IMG/VR virus record: IMGVR_UViG_2868569063_000004
Coordinates: 32,001-96,000 of that record
DNA length: 64,000 nucleotides
Source of the DNA: a virus
Taxonomy: Duplodnaviria > Caudoviricetes
Reading direction: 5' to 3' (one strand)
The position numbers and the translations under genes were made by a program. The notes beneath the pieces are model-generated. The model saw nothing but the letters and a program-made list of their open reading frames with translations, was not told the origin of the DNA and ran no database searches. The first letter of the stretch is position 1. Each line of letters opens with the position of its first letter. Shown here in pieces: positions 49,216 through 60,225 of this stretch.

Positions 49216-50741
49216 ATAAAGAAACAATGAAACAGGGTATGATTAAGGTTCTTAATATGTATGATATCCCTTGGGGTAATTCAGCCATTGACAAAATTAT
49301 CAACACATGGGCAGACAACAAAACCCCTTTGATTGAGTTATTAAGACATCATCCTAACTGGAATGATGAAAAATGCTATGTAGCATTTGATCAGAATATC
49401 AAGGGACAGCCAGACGAGGAGAAAATTTATAATTTCATTAATTGGATGATTATCAAGGGAAGACGCACAGATGCTTTGTTTGCACTGAGAGATTACAGAG
49501 AACAGCTTTTGGACGAACGAACAGCTTCTTTAATTAAAGAATGCTATCCTGATATTAAAGGTATTTCAGCAGGTCAGAAAACCTCAAGAGCAGTGAAGAA
49601 AATCTGTACACTTATAGGTATTACTTCTAATACCTATTCAGATTTTGAAAAGAGGTATGCCAAATATTCAGATGCAATCAATCCTCTTGACGTTGTTCGG
49701 CACACTATCCTGTCAGTTAATCCAGTTGATTATCTATTGTCCTCCAATGGAAACAGCTGGTCTTCTTGCCACACACTTGATAAAAACAATCCTAATGGGT
49801 TCTCAGGTTGTCACTGTTCCGGAACTATGAGTTATCTCCTTGATGGAACTACAATGGTTTACTATCAGGTAGATAAAGAGTACGACGGAAATGACTTAGA
49901 GTTCGAGCCGAAAATCATCCGTCAGTTATTCCATTATAAAGATGGAATCCTTGTACAGGGAAGACTCTACCCTCAATGTAACGATGGCAAAAACTCACTG
50001 TATACTCCAATTAGAGCACAGCTTCAGAAAATCATCGCTGATTGTTTGGTGGCTCCTAACCTTTGGAGAAAGAAAGGCGGCACCTCTGCTTGTTGCTCAG
50101 TTATTAATTCTGAAGGTACCCACTACAGAGATTATGAGTGCCAGAGTGAGTGCTCAGTAAGTAAGATTGTCAAAATGATTCCCAAGGGAAGAGTAGATAA
50201 TAGGCATATGACAGTTGGACATGATATCTACTGTGTAAAATGTGGGGATTGGCATGATATGGAAAGCACTCTTCTTTGTGAGGATTGTCATGATAACTAT
50301 GGTGACAGTGGATCTCATAGATGTTGTGATTGCGGTGATCGTTATGACGAAGATGAGATGTATCGTATCAACGGAGAATGGTATTGTAGTGGTTGTTCCA
50401 CTTATTGTGATCACTGCGGTAAAAGAGTACCCAATTCGAGTATTCATTATTACGGGGAGTTAGATGAGGACATCTGTGATGAATGTATCTCTGAAGATTT
50501 TTCCACTTGTGACTGTTGTGGAAAGTTAACTAACAATGATGATTTGACTTATATTGAATCTACAGATGAAAATGTTTGTGGCAGATGCTTAGAGAACAAA
50601 TATGCATATGTAGATACTGAAGATGAGTATTATCCCATTGAAAAAGTAAATACTTGCGTATGTGGACAAACTTACTTAATTGAAGAAGGTGACAAAGGAC
50701 TTTGTCCAGATTGTGTAGAAAAGGAGACCGGAGATGAGTAA
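49212..50741 (+). CDS. Hypothetical protein with tandem C-terminal CxxC repeats
   Basis: 509 aa; WSSCH and GRLYP motifs; about 10 CxxC-type units. Confidence 0.8.
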   Translation: MNKETMKQGMIKVLNMYDIPWGNSAIDKIINTWADNKTPLIELLRHHPNWNDEKCYVAFDQNIKGQPDEEKIYNFINWMIIKGRRTDALFALRDYREQLLDERTASLIKECYPDIKGISAGQKTSRAVKKICTLIGITSNTYSDFEKRYAKYSDAINPLDVVRHTILSVNPVDYLLSSNGNSWSSCHTLDKNNPNGFSGCHCSGTMSYLLDGTTMVYYQVDKEYDGNDLEFEPKIIRQLFHYKDGILVQGRLYPQCNDGKNSLYTPIRAQLQKIIADCLVAPNLWRKKGGTSACCSVINSEGTHYRDYECQSECSVSKIVKMIPKGRVDNRHMTVGHDIYCVKCGDWHDMESTLLCEDCHDNYGDSGSHRCCDCGDRYDEDEMYRINGEWYCSGCSTYCDHCGKRVPNSSIHYYGELDEDICDECISEDFSTCDCCGKLTNNDDLTYIESTDENVCGRCLENKYAYVDTEDEYYPIEKVNTCVCGQTYLIEEGDKGLCPDCVEKETGDE

Positions 50742-51705
50742 AAATAAATATAAAATTACAGAATTAGAAGAGATTTTGAGAATGAAACAAATGACTTTAA
50801 AGAGTCACCTGGAAGCCAAGTTGGAAGCAGCAGGTTATGAGCCTAAATCAGAAGATGGATTCCTCTATGCTAAGGGAACTTTCCCAGTACTCTTAGTTGC
50901 TCATATGGATACAGTACATGAAGAATGTGTCCAGAAAATCAAATACACTGGAGCAATCATGTCTTCTCCTCAAGGGATTGGGGGAGATGACCGGTGTGGC
51001 ATCTACGCTATTCTGCAAATTATTAAAGAGTATCATTGTTCTGTATTGTTTACAGAGGATGAAGAGAAAGGGTGCGTAGGAGCTGAGAAGTTTGCTGTAA
51101 GTGACTATATAGTAAACAATGATATAAATTATATCATTGAAATTGATAGAAGAGGGACCAATGACTGTGTATTCTACTCTTGTGACAATCCAGATTTTGA
51201 AGAGTTCATAGAGTCTACTGGATATTTCAAAACAGCATGGGGTTCTGTGAGTGATATATCAACAATTGCTCCGGCACTCGGTGTAGCAGCAGTCAATTTA
51301 TCTTCTGGTTATTTCGACGAACACACTACAAGAGAAACAATCAATGTAGAGGCATTACTTTCTACAATTGAAGAAGCGAAAAAGATTCTTGCTTTACCAT
51401 GCGAGGAACCATTTGAGTACATTGAAGCTGCCTATGGTGGTTATGGAAACTGGTGGAGAGATTATGATGAAGAAGCATCACCTATTAGCACTGATTACAC
51501 AACAGCTTATACAGATGATTGTACTTATATATTCTCGAAAGAGGAGAAGGCAAAGAAATTCTTCCATATTTATCTTCAGACTTACAGCGGAAATGAAATC
51601 TGTTGTGAAATCCTCGCAATAAATGAAATGGAAGCAATTGGTATGGCTTTAAGTCATTATCAGTATTATTCTGCTTGTGACATTATTGATATAAAATCAC
51701 AGTAA
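50734..51705 (+). CDS. M28-like zinc peptidase
   Basis: AHMDTV, GGDDRCG, FTEDEE, EIDR, EHT metal ligands. Confidence 0.8.
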   Translation: MSKNKYKITELEEILRMKQMTLKSHLEAKLEAAGYEPKSEDGFLYAKGTFPVLLVAHMDTVHEECVQKIKYTGAIMSSPQGIGGDDRCGIYAILQIIKEYHCSVLFTEDEEKGCVGAEKFAVSDYIVNNDINYIIEIDRRGTNDCVFYSCDNPDFEEFIESTGYFKTAWGSVSDISTIAPALGVAAVNLSSGYFDEHTTRETINVEALLSTIEEAKKILALPCEEPFEYIEAAYGGYGNWWRDYDEEASPISTDYTTAYTDDCTYIFSKEEKAKKFFHIYLQTYSGNEICCEILAINEMEAIGMALSHYQYYSACDIIDIKSQ

Positions 51706-51766
51706 AGGAGGAATGTTTATGCCAAAGTATATGATTGACCTCTAGCCCACTAAGAGGTTTTCATAT

Positions 51767-51804
51767 AAATTACAACTGAATATAGAAAAATTACAACTGA
51801 ATAT
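51767..51804 (+). repeat. Tandem 17-bp direct repeat
   Basis: AAATTACAACTGAATAT twice, about 21 bp apart. Confidence 0.7.
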
Positions 51805-51859
51805 GGGTAAAGATTAAAACAAACAACAAAAAACAAATTTCAAACAAGAATAGGAGATT

Positions 51860-52384
51860 ATGATTATGATGAACACAACTATTATTACAAAAATTATGGC
51901 AGCACTTGGACAGGACGAGCTTAAAGAACTCATCGGAGCACTTCAGGGAATGGTTGATGCACCAGAGACAGTACAGAAACATTGGGAGCCAACAGAAGGT
52001 GAGCAGTACTTCTATCTGTGGGGTACAGGAAAGAAAGACGGTGGAGTATTCACAGCAGAGAACCAGAAAGATGTGATGCGTTTAGCAGTAGGCAACTGCT
52101 TCAAGACTGAGGAAGAGAGAGATGCAGCCGCTGAGTATCTGATGATTGTAGCAGAGCTGAAACGCTTCGCCATTGATCACAACGATGAGATTGACTGGGA
52201 CGATCACTCTCAGAGAAAATACAAACTCTGCTGGAACAGAGAGACAGAGAAAGTTGATTCCACATGGAGCAGAAGGAAAATCACAGATGGTATTTACTTC
52301 AGCTCTCATGAGGTAGCAATGGCTGCTGTCGAAGCTGTAGGAGAGGATAGAATCAAAAAGTTCTATCTGCCAGATGCTGAGTAA
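51860..52384 (+). CDS. Hypothetical phage protein
   Basis: 174 aa; WEP..GE.Y and GNCFKTEEE motifs. Confidence 0.75.
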   Translation: MIMMNTTIITKIMAALGQDELKELIGALQGMVDAPETVQKHWEPTEGEQYFYLWGTGKKDGGVFTAENQKDVMRLAVGNCFKTEEERDAAAEYLMIVAELKRFAIDHNDEIDWDDHSQRKYKLCWNRETEKVDSTWSRRKITDGIYFSSHEVAMAAVEAVGEDRIKKFYLPDAE

Positions 52385-52602
52385 ACAGTAAAATAAACAG
52401 TTCTCTTGGGGTTCGACTCCCCAAGAGAATTATCAAGGAGCTATTATGGAATTGGATAAGTTATTAAAAAAGAGAAGTATAATAAGCTGCACAATCAAGG
52501 ACGGGATTTGTATTGTACAGTATGCTTCAAAGGAAATGAAACTATTAGACATATCAGGTATGAGCATTGCAGAAGTACTTGATTTTATATTGGAGGAATA
52601 AC

Positions 52603-54106
52603 ATGAAAGTTGGAGATAAAGTAATCGTTAATCCTAGACTGCCTAAATTGTGTGAAGCCATATGGGGGATCTCCCTGGAGTTAGTTAAAGATAGAATTAT
52701 GACTATAAAGAGTATAGGTAATGATGATGGCACATCTTATTGCTATGTAGAGGAAGAAACATATATATTTCCTTGTAGTATATTTATTCCTGTGGAAGAT
52801 ACTCTATTCTTAGCAATTCGCAAAAGGAGACAGTATGGGAAAAGGAGATAAAGTAATTTTTAGATCTAATACTCCTCGTATTCTATGGGGCGTAGATATA
52901 AATTATTTATTAGGAAATATATGTACCATAAAATCAATTATAGAACTAACTTCTAAAACTTTTGAAAGAAAAGCTTATGAGTTAGAAGAAGCTAGTAATT
53001 ATTGGTTTCCAGTAGAGGAATTCATTCCTTACAAAGGACTAATTGCACTAATTGATAAGAGGAGGAAACATGAAATATAAAGTTGGGGATAGAGTTATAG
53101 TTCGGAAAGATTTAGTTGGCGGATTGGAATATCCTTATTCGAATCCGTTATGCGGAAAGTTATATTTTGCTTCAGCAATGGAAAAATTTCGTGGGGAAAT
53201 GTATGAAGTAATAACAGTTTCAGGTGAGTATGATTATGGTTGTGAAACTTATGAATTATCTCTGGGAGAAGAGGCATTCAGATGGCTGTTCAACGACGCA
53301 ATGTTGATGTCTGCTAGTGGGTTAAGGAGCTTGATATGCAAGAGAAATATAAAATAGGAGACATAGTAAGAGTTAGAAGTAATTTGAAAGGTAATACAAG
53401 ATATTATTATGATGGTAGTGATAATGAATATTTGTTTTTTAACATTGCCATGCAAAAATTCTGTGGCCATGCATATAAAATCATAGATAAAGTTTCATCA
53501 TTTTATCCTGGCTATGTTAACTATAGACTAGCACTAGGAGATGAAACATGCGAGTGGGTTTTCAGTGACATAATGTTAGAACCTGTTCAGTGTTTAGGGG
53601 GACTTATATGCAAGAGAAAAAAGAATTAAAAGTTGGAGATTGGGTTCGTGTAAAACGTAACCTAGCAGTTCATGAGATAGGGGTGAAGTATCTCGGAAAA
53701 GTTTATAGAATCAATAGAATAAGTTATACAGGTTACTATCTATCTGGTACTCCAGAAGGATACTGGTACAGATCATCACTTATTCCAGTAGGAAATTTAA
53801 GTAGACTTGTAGAAATTAGAAAGGAAAATCATGAGATATAAAGTCGGAGACAGAGTAGTGATTAGAAAAAATTTAGTTAGCGGGTGGTATTACCATTATG
53901 AAAATTCAATGGGAAGATTATTTTTTAACAGCCACATGTCTAAGCTTTGTGGGAAAGTTTGTGTAATAACTAAAATTACAGATCCTGAATTGGATGAATA
54001 TTTTTTGTTAATAGGTAATGAAGAAGTAGAGTGGTATTTTAACAACGCAATGTTAATGCCAATAAAAGGTTTAAAACGTTTGATATTGTTAAGGGAGGTG
54101 ATTTGA
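52603..54106 (+). CDS. Array of six KOW/SH3-like small paralogs (starts 52603, 52835, 53070, 53336, 53608, 53831)
   Basis: N-terminal (Y)K(V/I)GDxV; overlapping stop/start codons; all carry the C-terminal tag. Confidence 0.8.
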
Positions 54107-54242
54107 TGAAGATATTTACTCTTCAACAAGATATTCATGGGAGATGGTTCGGCTACTGTAAGGAGACAAAAGAATATACACCAAGCTTCATCAAATGCAA
54201 GAACTTGAAGAAAATGCTTATCTGGAAAGGTTGGGGGTGGAA

Positions 54243-55056
54243 ATGATTGAACTTAGAGACTGTATTGTGGGAGTTAAAGATGAAAAAGAATATGAAAAAG
54301 TAATTCAGATTGCGAAAGAACAAGGATGTGAGTGGAATTCTGGAGACTCTTTAGATTATATCTACTGTACATTTCCAACAAGATTGTTTTTTGATAAAAG
54401 AGGAAGGGTCACATTTGGGGGATATCATGAAAAATATTGTGACTATCATTGTAAAAATTTGATGAGTAGATTACAAGAATTGATAATTATAAGACAGAAG
54501 GGAAAGTTATGGTTGATCTGAGAGATAGTACAGTATTGGTTAACAATGTAGAAGAATATATAGCTGTGGCTAAAATTGCTAAGAAACAAGGCTTTAGATG
54601 GGTGAGTGGGGCCCCCCTTTAAATAGAGTCCTTTGTGAGTTTCCAACGAGATTAGAATTTAGTAGGAGATATGAAACATATTGGGGTTCTAGCCGTGGCA
54701 GATGTGCACGAGATTATCCTAAATGCATGGCTCTAGTTGGAGGATTGCGGAGACTCATAATGGTCAGAAAGGAAACGTAAATGATAGATTTGGAATGTTG
54801 TACTGTTTTGGTGAATAATAAAGCAGAATATATAGCGTTAATCAAAGAAGCTCAAAAGCAAGGTTTCACATGGGCATCTGGGTATGATTTAACTAATATA
54901 TTTTGTGATTTCCCAACAAGATTACGCTTTAATGGAGAGTGTAAAGTATATTATAATTCTTCCGCCTATTATTATAATCGTGATTACAAGTGCAAGGAAA
55001 TAGTTGGTGCATTAAGAAATATGATATTGAAAAGAAAAGAGGGACAACTATGTTAA
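54243..55056 (+). CDS. Three paralogs (54243-54521; 54509-54780 frameshifted; 54781-55056)
   Basis: M(I/V)xL...EY....A.KQG..W.SG..L....C.FPTRL.F shared; C-terminal tag. Confidence 0.75.
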
Positions 55057-55463
55057 AAGAAAAATTATCTATTGAGCGGAAAAAGGCTGTAATGATTACA
55101 GCCGATTTTACAGCACCTACAACAGAAAGCTATGCAATGGCATGGCTAAAACTGTGCAACAACGCAAGAGAGTACAAAGACGTTATCTGGAGAGTAGAGA
55201 ATGATTCAGGAAATAGGGTATATGTCTGGTGCAATCCAAAGTATAAAGAAACAGTAATAGAATTCCTCACAGGAATAGTTTACTATCATCAGGAAGATAA
55301 AGGGCCTACATCAGTAGGAAAAGTTATTGAGGCAGAAGATGTTACAGTTGGTTTCCCGGTGTATGAGTATGAGAGTACATGTTCTTCACATGAGGAGCAA
55401 TGGGGCATAGATATTGATAATTCAATTATGTTTTGGGGAGCAGTAAAAGAAATTTTTTATTGA
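55050..55463 (+). CDS. Hypothetical protein
   Basis: Start MLKEKL. Confidence 0.7.
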   Translation: MLKEKLSIERKKAVMITADFTAPTTESYAMAWLKLCNNAREYKDVIWRVENDSGNRVYVWCNPKYKETVIEFLTGIVYYHQEDKGPTSVGKVIEAEDVTVGFPVYEYESTCSSHEEQWGIDIDNSIMFWGAVKEIFY

Positions 55464-55464
55464 G

Positions 55465-55935
55465 GTGATTTTTATGAAAAATAAGGAAAATTTTGCAAAA
55501 GAAATTTTAGATATTGCTTGCAAAGGGTATCCATTTTCAGTTACAAAGTCAGGTGAAATTACTTTTTGTGATTGTTTTAAATGTGATATGTGCAAATTTT
55601 ATGTTCCTGCTGATTATAAAAGTTGCAGAATTAGGCGATATGAATGGTCAGAATTAGAATATGTAGAGAAACATACAATTACATCAAAAGAAAAGAAATT
55701 TCTTGATCTACTTTTGCCTAATTATAAATATATTGCAAGAGAGAAAAATGGTTTCTTATTAGTCTATACAGAAAAGCCAATTAAAATATTAGAAACTTGG
55801 GGATTAGCAAACTGTGCATTAATGAATATGTTTGATATTAAATTTGATTTTATCAAATGGGAAGATGAAGAACCCTGGAGTATTGAAGATTTAAAGAATC
55901 TGGAAGTAAGAGATGATGGAAAATCTAACGGCTAA
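55465..55935 (+). CDS. Hypothetical phage protein
   Basis: YKYIARE...FDFIKWEDEEPWSIEDL. Confidence 0.75.
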   Translation: MIFMKNKENFAKEILDIACKGYPFSVTKSGEITFCDCFKCDMCKFYVPADYKSCRIRRYEWSELEYVEKHTITSKEKKFLDLLLPNYKYIAREKNGFLLVYTEKPIKILETWGLANCALMNMFDIKFDFIKWEDEEPWSIEDLKNLEVRDDGKSNG

Positions 55936-56003
55936 AATAAGAAAATCAATAGTTGTACAGAATGGACCACTAACAAATTTATATTAATGGAGAAGAAATC
56001 ATT

Positions 56004-57080
56004 ATGGATAAATTAATAGCAAAAGAAGTAGAATTTAACGGAGATATTATTAAAGCAGCACAGGATCCTGATGGAAATATTTGGGTTGGTGCTCGCTGGG
56101 TATGTGAAGCTATCGGTTTAGATGATAACCGGATCAAATATGAAAGAAGAAAAATGCAAACGGATTCAGTAATTTCAAAGGGGGTACAAAATTTTACCCT
56201 CCTTACCAATGGCGGGAATCAGAATGTTATGTGCTTACAATTAGATTATTTACCATTATGGTTGGCTAAAATCTCAATTACTCCAACTATGAAAAAGGAA
56301 ATGCCGGGAATAGCAGAAAAACTTGTAGCATATCAGCTCAAAGCAAAAGATGTACTGGCAGCAGCTTTCCTTGAGAAAAAAGTTAATAATCCAAACGTTA
56401 TTCAGTTACAGCTGCCAGATTTCAATAACAAAATTGAAGTATTAGAAAGAAAAGTAGATAAAATCTTTGAAGATATGGGGCGTTTAGCTTCTATGATGGT
56501 TCAGGAGAAAATTGTTACGACACCTATCCCAGTGAAGAAAGTAGAGAATCCTGGTAAAAAATGGAAAAATGATATGTACCAGATGATTGATGCTCTTACC
56601 ACTTGTGACAAGTTCTCTGATCGTGGCTCTGTAATGAAAACTGTATATAAGTATATGAATAAAAATTATGGTGTCTGTTGGGATCAGGAAGTGAAAGATT
56701 ACAAAGAAAAATATAATCCAGTAAGTAAATTTAGTACTTATGATGTTGTCTATGCCAATGATACTTTAAGATCTATCTTCAGTGCTGCGTTAGGAGATCT
56801 GTATGAAAAATATAAATCAATCTGTAATCAGGATGCAACAGATTCTATTATTGCTCCTCTCGTAGAAAAATATGGAGATAAGAGCAACGGAGGAATGGTT
56901 ACATATAGAAAAGTATACAAAAAGATGGGAGAAATGAGTCCGATCAATTGGCATAATTTAGAAGTTCGTTATATTAACAAACATGGCAAAGCAGGAGCAA
57001 GAAGAAAGAAAATCATTTCTTCTAATCCGGAAATGCTGAGAAAATTTAAGAATGCAGTTGATGTCATGATGGTTGGGTAG
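56004..57080 (+). CDS. Phage antirepressor (P22 Ant N-terminal-like domain)
   Basis: VEFNGD...WVCEAIGL...LPLWLAKI...LVAYQLKAKDVLAAAF. Confidence 0.8.
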   Translation: MDKLIAKEVEFNGDIIKAAQDPDGNIWVGARWVCEAIGLDDNRIKYERRKMQTDSVISKGVQNFTLLTNGGNQNVMCLQLDYLPLWLAKISITPTMKKEMPGIAEKLVAYQLKAKDVLAAAFLEKKVNNPNVIQLQLPDFNNKIEVLERKVDKIFEDMGRLASMMVQEKIVTTPIPVKKVENPGKKWKNDMYQMIDALTTCDKFSDRGSVMKTVYKYMNKNYGVCWDQEVKDYKEKYNPVSKFSTYDVVYANDTLRSIFSAALGDLYEKYKSICNQDATDSIIAPLVEKYGDKSNGGMVTYRKVYKKMGEMSPINWHNLEVRYINKHGKAGARRKKIISSNPEMLRKFKNAVDVMMVG

Positions 57081-57083
57081 ATT

Positions 57084-57908
57084 ATGGTAAAGATAGGAAA
57101 GAAATATAAAGTTCGTTCTTGGGATGATATGGAAAGAGAGTTCGGAACCGCTCAAACTGGGGATGAAACATATATACCATGTTTGGCATTTTTTGTTAAA
57201 GACATGTGTAGATTTTGTGGAACTACTATAACTGTTTCATATTTTATATACAACAATGTTTTTAGAATCGAAGAAGATAACGGTAGATATATGTGGTCTA
57301 CAGACATGATCACACCATTAGGAGATTTATATGAAGCGATACAAAGTAGGAGACATAGTTCAGATTCGTCAATGGGATGATATGGTTAAAGAATTTGGTG
57401 TTAATTATTATGGTGTTATTCGATGTAACAATTGCGGTTTTGTAAGAGAAATGAAAAAATATTGTGGCCAAAAGTTGCGGATACGTGCTATACAGAAATT
57501 TGATGATATCTATTATTATTTGAATACTGCAGATACATGGACTTTTACAAGTGAGATGTTTGAAAAAGGAGACTTATCAATGTTAATCACAAGGAGACAG
57601 GAATGTATAAAGTAGGACAGAAAGTAAGAGTTAAATCTTGGGGGCAGATGGCACAGGAGTACGGAGTTACAGATGGAACTATAAACACGCCATCAAGTTT
57701 TGTCCCAGATATGCGATGCTTTTGTGGGAAAGAGTACAGAATTAAAGCAATATATGATCCCGTTAATAACATATATGATTTAAAAACTATTACGGGAGAC
57801 GAAGATGAAAATAGAGAACTGCTTTATTTCTGTTGGGATGAAGTGATGCTTATTCCAATCGCTGGGAAACTAGAAACTATGATTAAGGAGAGAAGAAAAA
57901 ATGTATAA
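57084..57908 (+). CDS. Three KOW-like paralogs (57084-57380, 57331-57615, 57603-57908)
   Basis: K(I/V)G....(R/K).W..M..E(F/Y)G...F...M...CG...W...M; C-terminal tag. Confidence 0.8.
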
Positions 57909-58965
57909 ATACTATGATAAGAAAAACAACTTTGTAGAAACATTTAATCCGGAGACAGGATTCTATATCCGGTCCGATGATCTTACAACAGGAAAAGAAC
58001 CATTTATGAGAAATTTTCCTGCTTTGTTAGATATTGGTGTTATGGGACATTGCGTCCATGGGGCATCTGGTTTGTGTATTCAGTCAGGGGTTCAGTGTTA
58101 TCAGAATGGATTACACACACAGGAGCCTAATATGTCCCTTGAGAATTTCAAGAGAATAGTAGATGAATGTAAAGGAAAAACATTTCAGTTTGCTCTTGGC
58201 GGCAGAGGAGATGTAGACCAGCATGAAAATTTTGAAGAAATCCTTAAGTATTGTTGTTCACAAGGGATTGTGCCAAACTTTACAAGTTCCGGTTTAGGAT
58301 TCAATGAAAAAATTGTTTCCTTATGTAAAGAATATTGCGGAGCCGTAGCTATTTCTTGGTATAGAAGTGAATATACACAGAAAGCGATTGATATGTTAGT
58401 ATCTGCAGGAGTTACTACCAATATTCATTATGTCCTTGGACGGAATTCTATTGATGAAGCTATTGAACATTTGCAGCAGGAAGATTTTCCTGATGGTATC
58501 AATGCAGTAATTTTCTTGTTGCATAAGCCAGTAGGTTTAGGAACTCAGGCAAATGTATTGTCTCCTGATGATGAAAGAGTCAAAGAATTTTTCTCTTTGA
58601 TTGATAAACATGATTATAAATTTCAGATTGGATTTGATTCATGTTCTGTGCCTGGACTGTTGAATTTTACAGAAGAGATTTTAAATTCTACTCTGGAACC
58701 GTGTGAAGGAGCAAGATTTTCTGGGTATATTACCTCTGATATGAAGATGCTGCCATGCAGCTTTGACAATCAGGAACTTAAGTGGGCAGTTGATCTTAAT
58801 GAACACACTATTCAGGAAGCATGGGATTCAGATGTGTTCGATGATTTCAGAAGCCATTTCAGGAATTCTTGTAGAGGTTGTAGTCGTCAGTGTGATTGCT
58901 TAGGTGGATGCCCGATCAGAAGAGAAATTGTCTTGTGCACAAAAGAGGAGAAAGATTTATGCTAA
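57901..58965 (+). CDS. Radical SAM protein with SPASM domain
   Basis: Expanded Cys motif GHCVHGASGLCIQSGVQCYQ; ALGGRGD; PCEGA...LPCSF...CRGC...CLGGC. Confidence 0.85.
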   Translation: MYKYYDKKNNFVETFNPETGFYIRSDDLTTGKEPFMRNFPALLDIGVMGHCVHGASGLCIQSGVQCYQNGLHTQEPNMSLENFKRIVDECKGKTFQFALGGRGDVDQHENFEEILKYCCSQGIVPNFTSSGLGFNEKIVSLCKEYCGAVAISWYRSEYTQKAIDMLVSAGVTTNIHYVLGRNSIDEAIEHLQQEDFPDGINAVIFLLHKPVGLGTQANVLSPDDERVKEFFSLIDKHDYKFQIGFDSCSVPGLLNFTEEILNSTLEPCEGARFSGYITSDMKMLPCSFDNQELKWAVDLNEHTIQEAWDSDVFDDFRSHFRNSCRGCSRQCDCLGGCPIRREIVLCTKEEKDLC

Positions 58966-59279
58966 CAATTGGGCTAAGTGCTGTATTAATAGTGACATTG
59001 ATAATTTTATTCGCTTGCATAAGCAAAAATATAAATTTGAAAATGGAAGTAGAAGAACTAAAAATAAAGAACGAGACCCAACGCTTGAGTTATTCTAGCG
59101 TATACCGAGATTATGTAAAGTTACTAATGAAACCTGATGCATTAAAGCCTACTACATCAGACATAAAAGAAGCTGTTCACTATGCAATGATTAAAGCTCA
59201 TCCTGACAATGGAGGTAAACAAGAAGATTTTGTAAAGTTTAGAAAGCTATATGAGAGGATGAATAATGAATACAGATAA
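58959..59279 (+). CDS. Membrane-anchored protein with C-terminal J-like domain
   Basis: N-terminal TM; IKEAVHYAMIKAHPDNGG. Confidence 0.75.
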   Translation: MLTIGLSAVLIVTLIILFACISKNINLKMEVEELKIKNETQRLSYSSVYRDYVKLLMKPDALKPTTSDIKEAVHYAMIKAHPDNGGKQEDFVKFRKLYERMNNEYR

Positions 59280-59794
59280 ACTTAAATTTCTTAAACTTGG
59301 CGGGCAATATAAAGTAAAATCATTTGCTCGTTTAATGGAAGAATATGGTTCTGATAACTCTAGTGGAATGCCGAATGTCATCTGCGGTTTTAATAAGCAA
59401 ATGAAAAAATTGTGTGATCAAAAAATTACGATACAAGATACATTCTATAAGCATGAAGATAAGTTTTATCAAATAAAAGAAGCAAGATATTGTTGGAATA
59501 GTCAGATGTTAGAACTTCCTTTAAGTACATTGATCTATAGGAGGAAACATGGATAGAAATGAAATATATTTCAAGTTAAGTGGATTTTGCTCCGATCATT
59601 TTTGCTTTAATTGTCCAATATTTTTCATAAATCCCAAGTATAAATGTGGTAATGGTTGTGGATACAGTTTATGTGGAAATCCGGTGCCGCTATCAGAAGC
59701 ATTGAAGTATTATTCTATCATATTTGAAAAACAGAATCTGAGAGCACTTATAGTAAGAAGAAGGGGGTATTATAAATATGAAAGAAGGATATAA
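59266..59794 (+). CDS. Two small tagged proteins (59266-59556, 59549-59794)
   Basis: Ends PLSTLIYRRK and NLRALIVRRR. Confidence 0.7.
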
Positions 59795-60224
59795 ATTAGA
59801 AGACACTATTATCCTCAATGGAAAAGTAGGGTGGGTAAACACAGGAGATGATGCTGATAGCATTATTAGAATACAAAATATTCAGAAAGTAAAAAGATTT
59901 TCTGGTGAAGAAATTATTGTATCTAATAATGGATTTGCTTTTTCAAAAGAAATGGAAAGTCGATGCGGGTGGCTTGACAGATATGCAAGTATTCAAATGC
60001 TTACAGGAGATACACCTATTGATATGGATCACATTGATGAGACAAAGATTGTATCAATGGAAGGAATCACTGAGTCTGAATATTATCATCGGTATAGTGA
60101 TTATACTGGATATCTTTGGACTGAAGAAGAATTCAAATGTGGCGGTCATGATCTGTTAAAAATCTTAGAAGGGAACATGGGAAAATATATTCATATGGAA
60201 ATTGAATTATATTCGAGGTGTTGA
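59778..60224 (+). CDS. Hypothetical protein
   Basis: 148 aa; GGHDLL motif. Confidence 0.7.
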   Translation: MKEGYKLEDTIILNGKVGWVNTGDDADSIIRIQNIQKVKRFSGEEIIVSNNGFAFSKEMESRCGWLDRYASIQMLTGDTPIDMDHIDETKIVSMEGITESEYYHRYSDYTGYLWTEEEFKCGGHDLLKILEGNMGKYIHMEIELYSRC

Positions 60225-60225
60225 T

